DNA of 64,000 nt, from contig MU053379.1 in assembly GCA_013239625.1 (NCBI GenBank), positions 4,421,229-4,485,228 of the forward strand, given 5' to 3'. Made by a program: the position numbers and the translations under genes. The notes beneath the pieces are model-generated. The model was not told the DNA's origin, ran no database searches, and worked only from the letters and a program-made list of their open reading frames with translations. The stretch comes from Lama guanicoe. Taxonomy: Eukaryota. Positions 21,880 through 32,132 of this stretch are shown in pieces (position 1 is the stretch's first letter; every line of letters begins with the position of its first letter).

Positions 21880-22900
21880 ATTCAAACTTTACTACAAAGC
21901 TACAGCAATCAAAACAGCGTGGTTCGCACAAGGAAAGACAACCGATGACACAGAATTGAGAGCCAAAAAAAAAACCTTTGAAGACATACAGATGGCCAAT
22001 AGGCACATGGAAAGATGCTCAAAAATAAACATTTTTGTATTTAATCACTGTTAGTCAGTTAACTCCCACAAGGGTGCCGAGACAATCAAGTGGAGGAGAG
22101 GAGGGTCCCTTCAACACAGGGCGGTGCGCTGATGGGCTGTCCACGTGACACAGGCGGGGCCCTGCTCCCGCTCGCGTGCAGAAAGCAGCTCACGGTGGAG
22201 AAGAGGCCTAATGTAAGGGCTAGACCCAGAAGGCCCTTAGAAGGAGGAAACACTTAGTATAAATGTGGCCTGGGATTGGCCAGGAGCTCCTCAGATATGA
22301 CACCAAAAGCACAAGCAGCAGAAAAAACAGATAAATCGGGTATCACCGGGATTTACAAAGTTTTGTCCTTCAAGGTGAGAAGACAATCTGCAGAATGGGA
22401 GAATGGGAGACGATATTTGCAACTCACGTGTCTGATAGGAGGCAAGTCTCCAGAATCTATAAAGAACTATTGCAAGTCAGTACTAAAAAGACAGCTAACC
22501 CAATGAAGACACAGGTAAAAATCTGAACAGATCTTTATCTAAAGAAGACCGACAGACGGCCAGTCAGCACGTGAAGAGGGGCGCAGCATCACGGGCATCA
22601 AGGAAACGTCAACCAGCACCACCTGGAGATGCGGTTCACTCCCACCAGGGAGGCTAGAACAAGAGACACATACTAGCAGGTGCTGACAAGGGCACAGAGA
22701 ACCTGGAGCCCGCGTACGGCGCAGTGGGGACGCATAGAAGTGCGCAGTGGCACCGCCACGCTGAGAACGCCACTCGGCAGCTCCTCAGGACGCCAATCGT
22801 GCGGTTACTGTGGGACCCAGTCGTTCTACTCCCCGGTGTACACCTGGGACAAATCAAGGCACACGTCCCCACAAACAGCAGCACACACTTGTGTTCCACT
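21880..22900 (+). mobile_element. Old L1 ORF2 3' fragment
   Basis: 'ttcaaactttactacaaagctacagcaatcaaaacag', 'gatatgacaccaaaagcacaagca' and 'gacccagtcgttctactccccggtgtacacc' are collinear L1 ORF2 motifs. Confidence 0.85.
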
Positions 22901-23001
22901 GGGCTGGGGACGGATGCTTCCTCCTTGGAACTGGAGAAGCATCACCGACAGGCAGCTGACCTCCGGAGAGCTCGGAGTCCGCAGAGGCAGGGACAGTTCT
23001 G

Positions 23002-23105
23002 GCAGCAGCACCCGTGGTGCAGACTTAACGCCCCGCCGGTCCTCCTGCAGCAGGACGCACGGTGCAGACTTAGCGCCCCGCAGGTCCTCCTGCAGCGGGA
23101 CGCAT
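23002..23105. repeat. 45-bp tandem repeat, ~2.3 copies
   Basis: GGTGCAGACTTA(A/G)CGCCCCGC(C/A)GGTCCTCCTGCAGC(A/G)GGACGCA at 23016 and 23061. Confidence 0.85.
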
Positions 23106-24531
23106 GCACACAGCTGATGACAAATAAGTTCCGAGCCTGAAGTGCGTCAGAGACACTTCACGACTCTCTTCTTTCTCACAGTGTTTGCCCTTCTGCTCTT
23201 GAGCTTGGATTTTATCTTGTAATCTCAAAGTCGTATTTCATTGGAAATTAAGCTATCTCTGACTCCAGGGGAAATAATGATTGAAAAAAATATTTGGCTT
23301 CCTGTTTCCCAGAGAACGTTCGCCACCGTTTCCATTTCTGGCCCAGCTCTATCTTTCCAGAGAGCTGAGAATGTCACGCAAATGAGTCAGTACTCCCGCT
23401 CAGTAGAAGTGACAGAAATGTGGACACCCTGCCCAGAATGTCCGTGCGGCGCAGCCTTTGGCAGTGGGAGAGGTAGCTGGGGCTGGAAACAGGGTGGCCC
23501 ACTGAAGGAGAGGAGGGACGGCGCGGCTCCCACCGCCCGGCCTCCCAGCAGGACAGCGCGGCCAGCAGCCACACCTGGGGCTTGCTAGGGTGCGTGTCTC
23601 TGACCCCACCCTGTGCCTCCTCCCTGATCAGAATCTGCCTTTGACAAGATGCCGGGGGTGGGGCCGTGCGCACACACGCTCCCGCACAGTTGTGCGGGAG
23701 AAAGAGCCAGCCCAGCAGCCGAGTGGCCGGGTTTAGACCCTCCACGGAGACTCTGCCTCTTCCCTCCCCCTCCCAGAGCATCACTGACCCTCTCGAGTTG
23801 GGTACAAAGGAGCCCAGGACCAGAGGCATCCACGTTCGTCCCCTCTCCACCGACACCCCGTCACCCCGTGCTGGTCAGGAAGGCGGACTCCCGGGCCCAG
23901 CCTGGACTGCTGGCTCAGACACCCCAGGGCTTGGGCGCAGCCCTCTGGGTTTGGGCAGACGCTTCGGGGATTCTGATGCCGGAGCAGGGCGTGAGACGTG
24001 GAAGACGTGGCCCCCGAGGCTCTGGTCACCCCCACCCTTCCCCTGGATCCTTCTGGTCCGCTTTGGCTCCTTGCCCCGGCAACGCTTCCTGTGTGCAGAG
24101 CCCATCTGACCAAGTAGTGGAAATAGACTTTTCAGCCACGCTAAGCGGAATCTGTAAAGTTTTGCCACAAAGACGGAAGGTACGGCAGGTGTCACGATCA
24201 CAAGGCTGAAAGTCATGCACTGGGGTGAAGGCAAGAAAGCTGAAGGGGTCCAGGTTGCTAAGGAATGCGGAACTCCAGCCCCAGGCCCGGACCATCCGCT
24301 CCCGCACTTCTGCCTCAGGAGGTGAGTGAGTCTCCGTGTCCTCAGGTTGCTGTTACCTGCAGCCAGCCCCTTGCCTGCTGGGTGCAAACTTGACTAAGTT
24401 AACGTGTAGCTTCCTGGACTGCCGTTTATCTGCTCTGGTTTATTTAAACCTCAAAGCCTGACCCCTCTATTCAGTCAAATATCATCATTAAATAGCTTCT
24501 TCTCTGTGTGCATTAGGCTATCTCCCCCAAG

Positions 24532-24833
24532 CCAGAGGTCAACAAAAGGGACGGAAAATGTATGTTTTAGGCTCTGTGAGCTGCCTGGTCTCTGCCGCTG
24601 AGCTGGAAACAGCAGCAGATAAAATGTAGATGAATCCAAGTGCTGGGGTCCCAATAAAACTTAACTTGTGGACTTGGAATTTTTTTTATAAGGTTCACGT
24701 GTCCTGAAATCTCTTTCTTCTGTGGGTTTTTTCCCCAACTCTTAAAAACTGAAAGACTTTTTCAGTTCATGGACCACACAAAAACAGGCAGGGGGGCAGA
24801 CGGGGCCTGAGGGTCAGACTTCGCCAACCTTTG
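24532..24833. mobile_element. MER58B-like hAT-Charlie element, near full length
   Basis: Termini CAGAGGTCAACAAA...TTCGCCAACCTTTG with internal 'ttttaggctctgtgagc', 'cccaataaaactt' and 'acacaaaaacaggcagg'. Confidence 0.75.
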
Positions 24834-25089
24834 CGTTAAACACACTGAAGAAGAAACATTCCAGAAGATGCAGGCGTTGCTTACAAACGCTTTCTCTAAC
24901 TCGAGGAACATAAGGTGACAGGAAGGAAAGAAGTCCAGCCACTAAGAAGTATTTTGTTCAAATGTAAGGGCCGACGGTGGGGAGGGGGCCCTCCGTCTCC
25001 GATTTCTGCCCCTCGTGGCTGCGTTACGGCCGTTCCCGTGGCGGGGGCGGCGGGGGAGGTTGCAGACTGAGAAGGGGAGGGAAAGGAGA

Positions 25090-25230
25090 AAGGAGACACG
25101 CCGTCAGCGTGGCCTCTGCCCACGTCTCTCTCCCACCCTGCTCTGTTGTCACGTCTCCTTCTGTCACATCTCTCCTGCCTCCCTCTCCCATCTCTTAAGG
25201 ACCCTGGGACTACCTTGGGCTTACCACACT
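25090..25230 (-). mobile_element. MaLR MLT1 LTR fragment
   Basis: 'ctctgttgtcacgtctccttctg...tctcttaaggaccctgggactaccttgggcttacc' resembles antisense MLT1. Confidence 0.45.
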
Positions 25231-25800
25231 AAAACCCTGGGTTAAAACAAAAAAGGGGAGGACTTAATAATAAAACCAATGCAGAAAGATTTCCGCCCCA
25301 ATAAAGTAACTGCTGTGGCATTTCTGGCGCAGGGCGTGGGCAAATCCTAGTCTCTAGGCTGCATCCTGTGAAATCATGAATGGCGTGTAAACAACTGGGT
25401 TAGAACACCGTCCATCTCTTCCTGTGTCTGCTTAAAAATTCCGTTTCAAACACAAAATTCCATTTCTGAATTTCATCCAGTTTCTTAAAGTTCACACTTA
25501 AAACTACAAGACTGTCTGCTTATCCCCGGAGCGGAGGACGAGGAGGATGTGATAAATCCCCTCCATCACAGAGGACGTCGTGGCCGGTTCAGTTCTCACC
25601 CCGTTCGTCACAGCAGCGCGTCTGAAACCCACACCCACCCTCTGCTCGCTAAGCAAAACTCACCTGGAGCGAGTGGCAAACGCTGCGAGGACTCTGGCTC
25701 CCGTGAGCCCCTCGTCACGGCTGCCAAGTCAGGGTCTAAGAGGGTCTGCTTACGTACAGCGCCACGTATTTCTTTTTTAAAAAGGTGGAGAGCAGGAGTC

Positions 25801-25937
25801 GGGGGAGGGCAGAGCTCCGCGGTAGAGCGTGTGCTCAGCAGGCACGAGGTCCTGGGCTCAAGCCCCAGTACCTCCCTTTTAAAATATGATAATAAAAAAG
25901 TAATAATAATAATAAAAATTTAACAAGAAAATTTTCT
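25801..25937 (+). mobile_element. tRNA-Ala-derived SINE (camelid Vic-1-like) with AT-rich tail
   Basis: GGGGGAGGGCAGAGCTCCGCGGTAGAGCG...GAGGTCCTGGGCTCAAGCCCCAGTACCTCC with Pol III A/B-box remnants, followed by an A/TAA-rich tail. Confidence 0.85.
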
Positions 25938-27752
25938 AAGTGATGATCAGGAGAATTTGAGGTAGGAAAAAGGCAAGTGGAAATGAACAGTTTGTGCGAG
26001 CTGTTCCCTTGGCGGGCTTGACCCCCGCTCGCCTCCTGCAGAAGCCGGGCGTGGGCCTGTGCTCTAAACCTTGGATGCCTCACCCCGCAAACATGTCCGA
26101 AGGGTGGTCTGACCCCCTGTTGTGTCCCCACCATGATCAGGCGGTTATTTATGGTCATTTCCAGTTCCCTCCCCTAGCAAATAAATCTACTCGTGAGGAA
26201 GCCACCTTTCTGCAAACAACCCTGAAAGTTGCAAACGTCATCTTCCAAGAAAGCACACATCTTGGACCCATGAAAACCTGAAACAGAACTTGAAAAGGGT
26301 GAGTTTCCCCTCTGGTTTCAGGAAGGGCCCCCAGCAGAGACGTCCAATTGGAGCAATGTTTCTGGTGAAAAGAGCGGAGCAGAAGCTGCAAAGCAGCCCA
26401 GGGCACAGCAGTGCCCCCTTTTCGGAGAGAGGCTAGCTGCCCCAGCGGCCTGGCAGGAGGGGAGCGCAGCTCCGTCCTTGGGAGTGGCACCCAGCGGGCT
26501 GCCCGGCCAGTCCTGAGAGCGCCAGCAGCGCGCGGGCCGCATCCCTCTGGGGAAGCGCAGTCCTGGCGCGGTGCTGTGGAGGGTGGGGATGGGTCTGCCT
26601 CGACGTCCTTGGTGCAGGCACCAAGGCTGCATTTCCTGATCAAATGGGGTTAGTGCGTGGATCTCACTGGCAGTAGTGGTTTGGGGCCGCATTCTTCTTC
26701 AGATTCCTCTCACTTGGCAAAATCTACAACGGCATTTTTTATCCGAGAATTCTGACACCCAGGCTGGCCAGGTCCTGGCGCCTTGTCATTGAACTCCAGC
26801 GGCAAGGGCAGAGCTCCTCCTGAAGGCTCTCCATCAGCGGCCCGTGCGCTGGGTGCCGGGCGGTGCTGTGGAGACCCCTCCTTTGCCTCCAGCCGGGCCT
26901 GGAGAGCTGCCTTTCTTGGGCGAGTTATAAAGCTCGTCTGAGGGGATCTCTGACGGAGGCTCCCCGCGTCTCCGCCCCATCTCCTTGCCAGGCGCTGCAG
27001 CCTTTTTGGCTAGCACGTGTCGGACCTCGGCTGTGTGTCCGTTTCACTCATTCATTCCATTTTCTGACCCCTTACCCGTGCCAGGTGCCACGTTAAGTAT
27101 GTGACGGAGACCATTCCATTGAATCCTCACGACAAACAAGCATCGAAGTGACTCATGTCCCCGCTGTGCAGACGAGGAGGCGAACGCGTTTGTGATCATC
27201 GCCCTGTGTTTGTTTTCTTCTCGGTGCGTCTGTGTCATCTCCTCAGTAGGTGGACAAGCTCCCTGGAGGTACAGCCACGTCCTATACCCTGTACTCTGCG
27301 CACAGTGTGAAAGCTGAAGTGTCTGTCAAGTGATGACTCTCTCTCCGAGGCAGGAGCCTCACCGGCTCCATCAGCTCCGCTGTCCGTGCTGTCTGCCACA
27401 TCTGCTCTCCCTCTGTCACTTGGTCCCCAAGGACCAACCTTCCAAGACTACGGTCCTCCCGGGGCTGCGCGGGGCTGCTGAGGCCCCAGGTGCCGCACGA
27501 GTCTCACAGGGAGCCGGGTGGCAGGGCGGTCAGACCTGGCCTTGTGGAAGCTGAGGGATGGGGCGTGCAGGGGTGGGGCAGCCCGGGAGGGCCCTTTGGC
27601 CGAAGGCAGATGGCCATGTAGGTGGAGACAGACCAGATAACTTCCAGCACACAGTTCCTTTCTGTTTAGCAACTGGCTTGGATTTTAAAGTCCATTGATT
27701 GGCGTGTTCCTGTCTGTGAGATGTGGCTCACAGCCATTGTTCTGTGATGTCT

Positions 27753-27868
27753 CACACACACATACACACAGGCACGCACACACACACACACGTGCACACA
27801 CACACACAAGCACACGTGCATGCACGCAAACACATGTGCACGCACGCACACACACATACGCACACCCA
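27753..27868. repeat. Compound (CA)n microsatellite
   Basis: Interrupted cacacaca/cacg runs. Confidence 0.9.
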
Positions 27869-29069
27869 CGTCCCCCTTCCCAGCCCCTCCCGCCGGCTCT
27901 GTGTCTACTGGTCTGTCTTAAACTAACTCTTAACAGATTTCACTTGGAGTGAAAGGAGACTTAAAAGGCCAAACTTCCTCTGCCTTCATTTTCTCTATGA
28001 TTTGGGGTCAAAAAAGGCCATCTCTTTGAACGACACACTTTATACACAAAATAAACAGGAGGAGCCATGTCTCCCTCTGTGATCCTCCATCCACGCTCAG
28101 AAGGTCGCTGGTCTGGAAGCAGAGCAAGGGCCTGGAGGGCCGCCCGGGTTTCTCTGCAGGTCCTGGCCCTGGCACCTGCTGCGGGGGTGGGGGGGACACA
28201 CCGCTCACCGAGCCTTTGTTTATTTCTTCTGGTCTGTTTGCTCGTCTGTCGAGCTAACACCCGAGTGGGTTCCAGACAACGTGACTCCAAATTTTGAAAT
28301 AACAAATGAATCCTCTTTCTCGAGAAGAATACATGTCCTCTGCGAACACCACTCAGCACGTAGCAAAAGTTAACAGTGTTTCATTCCAGCCACAGACCAG
28401 TAAGCCTCAAATCCAGGCTCTGGGAGCAGCAGGGCTGCTCCGGGCATCTGGTCTCTTCTGCGCGATGAGAAAAGTCTCTTAAAGGCAGGCCCTGACGCTG
28501 CCACGCACACCGGTCTCACTTCAGACCTGGCGTCTGCCGCGCCCGGAGTTTTGCCGAGGCTGCTTTTACTTACAAATTCAAATGACAGGAAAGGTGGTTT
28601 CCACAGTAAAGACGCTCCCCTGGAAGTACAGGACTAAAGACCCGGGGCAGGTCTGCCTGTGGCCGTCGCGCAGGAGGAGACGCAGGCGGGTGCCTTGAAG
28701 GTGGAGGGGGGAGAAGGAACAGGGCACTGTGGGTTTGAAAAGTGAACCCTCGGCGTGGGGTTGGGGCGCGGCGGGGAGCAGACAGGGGAGACCCCGTCCT
28801 CAGGGTGTACGTGAATGTTTCCGTGGAGGCCAGTGAAACGGAGGGTGTGAACGATTTCTGCGCTGCCCTGGAGCCAGGTAGGGACATTGGTCCCAGGAAG
28901 GGTGCCTCCCCGATCGTAACAGCTGAGCGCAGGGCTGCGACAAGCAACCAGCGCTGGAGGCATGCAGAGTACAAGCCCGTACACTCATCCGTCTTTTGTT
29001 ACCGCTGAAATAGTGACGTCCGAGGCGGTCACATTCCCCTGTTCCACAAAAAATACTGGCCACAACTTG

Positions 29070-29720
29070 GAAACTTCTGTTTTCTACATAACATGCAAAA
29101 GCAGGGGTCTAAAGTCAGCTATACTGGGGTGCAAGTCACACAAGGAAATGAGCCCACTTTACGTGCATGGTCTGAGGGCTTCTGACCAACGCGAACCCTG
29201 ACGTGACCACCAGCCAGTCATGACGCAGAGCGTTCCCGTTCAGGGAGTCCCTCAAGTCCTTAGTAGCCAGTCCCCGCTCGCCGCTCACACAGCCCCCGAG
29301 CTTCCTCCTTTACTGCACATTAGTGTCACCTACCGCAGAACTTCAGAGGCAGGGGACCCTGCGGGGCCCACCCTGCTGTGTCTGGCTTACTTTGTACACG
29401 GTGGTTTTGAAATGTGTCATTGTGCACACATCAAAGTCTTTAGTTGAGGAGTGTCCCACTGTGCGGATAAGTGGCAGCCTTTATCCAAGCCCGGCTGATG
29501 ACTAGCTGGGCGTTTTCTGGTCCAGGCTCTATAAATAAACCTCTCGTGAGTAACTTGTGGCCAAGTCGTGAGGGTCATGGTTTCGCTGTCCTTGAGCAAA
29601 AGTCCAAGAGTGGAATTGCTAGGTCATGTGCGTGTGTTTAACTTTCTAAGAGACTGGCCAGCTGACTTCGACGAAGTGGCACCACTGACGTTCCCATCAC
29701 TGTGAGTGAGTCCGGTGGAG
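29070..29720 (-). mobile_element. Old L1 (L1ME-like) antisense fragment
   Basis: 'gagtggaattgctaggtcatgtg...tgtttaactttctaagagactggcca' is a typical antisense L1M motif. Confidence 0.65.
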
Positions 29721-29927
29721 AAGTAGCCGCTGACGACCGGGTAGAACCACGCCTCCTCCAGTGCACACGAGCGCATCGCTGTGACCAGGACGGAGTGGGG
29801 AAGGCCCAGTGGGGCCCATGAAGGTGCAGGCATGGGACCTGCCCTCCGATACCAGGAGGAGGGGCGGCGGGGCTCAGGGGCACAATCTCTGGGGACGGCA
29901 GAGAGCTTTTGAGCAGTTCTTGTCAGT

Positions 29928-30122
29928 GCGTGTGTGTGTGTGTGCGCGCATGTGTGTGCATGTGTGCGTAGGAGGGGCCCCTTGACCATCGACTTGACCT
30001 TCATCTGGGCACCCCCTCCCAGTTTCCTTCCCTTCCCCTCCTGCCCTTCCCCCGTCTCTGTGTACCCTCCTCCCTCCTCCCCATCGCCTCCCTCCCCTCT
30101 CCCTCCCCCTCCCTCCTTCCCC
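29928..30122. repeat. (TG)n microsatellite followed by a polypyrimidine low-complexity tract
   Basis: tgtgtgtg run at 29928-29967 and CCT/CCC-rich tract at ~30012-30122. Confidence 0.85.
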
Positions 30123-30769
30123 ACAGTTGAATTCTATAGACCAATTTCAACCACAAGAGAGGACCAACATCCCAGTCAACGGGGATGAACCCGAAATAAA
30201 GCCCCAGCAAATGGAACCCGGGCAGCAACGAGTGGTGAGCTCCGGCTGTGGGCACCTGGGACTCGGGCGAGGGTGTGCAGGCTGCCCTGGGAAGAGCGTC
30301 CCCGCGGATCAAGCTCCCGCGAGCGCCTGTGGGCCCCGGGCCAGCCCGGCGGGTCTCCTCCTCGCACCGCCCAGCCCTTCACGCCTCCCATGGGGGCCGG
30401 GCTGTAAAGGAGAGGGGGCCAGTCTTCTCTCCTTCAGCGGCTGTAAAGTCAGCACATCCTTCGGGGGGAGGCTGGACGAGGCTTTTCGTGGGGCGTTACC
30501 TCTGCCTCCTCTTACTGAACGTAACCAGGAGTGGCTGAGACCTGGACCCGCTCCCTCAGTTCCCGCCGAGGACGCGGGAGCTCGCGGTGACGCTGCTGCG
30601 GCCGCCTGCTTGTTCTCTGTTAGAAACGTGCTTGTGTTGAGAGGTAGACGCAGTTCTGCATAAATTGATTTTTTTGTGAGTGAATTCTGTTTGAAAGATT
30701 TACTAGCATTTCCATCGATTTAGTGAGCAGATAGCAGGTCACCAGGAGGAATCCCTGCTAAAATGTGAC

Positions 30770-31066
30770 GGCTTATTTACAAAAGAGAGACAGACTCACA
30801 AACATTGAAAACAAACTTACAGTTACGGGTTGGGGGGGAAGCGGGTGAAGGGATATATTGGAAGTTCGGGATTCGCAGATACAAACCACTGTGTATAAAA
30901 TGGATAAACAGCAGGGCCCTGCTGTGCAGCCCAGGGGCTTGTATTCAATACCCTGTAATGGCCTATAATGAAAAGAAAAGGAAGGGGGATCTATGTGCGC
31001 AACCAATCACTGGGCTGGGCCTGTGTGAAACTAACACAACATTGTAAACCAACTGTTCCTCAAAAC
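30770..31066 (+). mobile_element. Cetartiodactyl L1 3' UTR end
   Basis: 'ttatttacaaaagagagacagactcacaaacattgaaaacaaactta...gaaactaacacaacattgtaaaccaact' matches L1 3' termini typical of artiodactyls. Confidence 0.85.
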
Positions 31067-31950
31067 AATCGGCACTTCTACTCATGGGCTCTTGCCGTAA
31101 GTCAGGGAGCCCTGGCCTCAGGTTTTTCCGTGTAGAACAGGAGGACATTAGAATTGCGCGTGCAGAGGGAGCTTCCCTGAGTGTGTCTGTGGTGCTGTGC
31201 ATGCGTGTGGTAGGGAGAGGAGCAGCCAGGGCTCTTCGTGTTAAGATGTAATTTCCAAATGTGCTTAGTCAGTGGCTAGACCCCTCCCGGATCAGCGTCG
31301 TCCAGTCCCGAATGATGACTGTTGCGCAGGTGCCTGGGCCATCGGCCTCACAGCAGAGCCCTTTACCCATGTAAGCCCCGTTCTTACCAAACGCACAGGC
31401 TGAGAAGCAGGTGGACTGGAGACTGACCGCCAGCTGCCACCCCCGCCTCCGGGCTCAGCGAGATTCCCGCAGCCCAGCAACGAGCGATTGGGCTGCCTAC
31501 CCGACCACTCAGATCAGCTGAGAAAGGTTTGCTGACCAAGTGGTGATAAACGCTCCAATGATAATTACAGACCACTGTCTACACGTCGCACCAACTGGAG
31601 GTGTTTAATCCCGCACCAGGTGTCACCTGCACAGCTAAAAAGATGCAGGGTGCCAAGGGGGAGGTGGAGACACCACACCGCTCGGGGACGGAAGGCAAAG
31701 TCTGCAAGCCTGACTCAGGCCTGGGTCTCAGCAGTGGGGCCCTGGACCCACTGCCCGCCAGCCCCTCCGGTGTCCACGGCCCCAGGGCAGAGTGCCAAGG
31801 GCAGGAGGGCGGTGCCTCCCCCCGCCTGGGCACCCTGGGCCAGTGTCGCCTCTGGTGCAGGGGAGATGCAGAAACTGGGCCATCAAGGTGTCTTCGAGGA
31901 GGGACACAGAAGTTGTGCCGTGTATTTTGAGCTATTATGAAACACATCAA

Positions 31951-32080
31951 GGGCAGGAGGGCAGAGCACATGCTTAGCATGCACGAGGCCCTGGGTTCCA
32001 TCCCTAGTGCCTCCATTTTAAAAAATTAATTAAAAAATTATTTTAATTAAATTTTTTAATTTTTTAAAAATTTTTAAGAA
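31951..32080 (+). mobile_element. Vic-1-like SINE (A-box partly deleted) with AT-rich tail
   Basis: 'agagcacatgcttagcatgcacgaggccctgggttccatccctagtgcctcca' followed by a TTAA/AAAA tail. Confidence 0.8.
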
Positions 32081-32126
32081 AGAAAATAAACATATTAGAA
32101 CAAGTCAACGACAATGTATTTCAGAG

Positions 32127-32132
32127 TTTATT
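32127..32132 (-). terminator. CD93 distal poly(A) signal AATAAA (3' UTR ~4.1 kb, ~32110-36221)
   Basis: Minus strand ...gcctatactAATAAActctgaaatacattg resembles the recalled end of CD93 mRNA. Confidence 0.7.
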
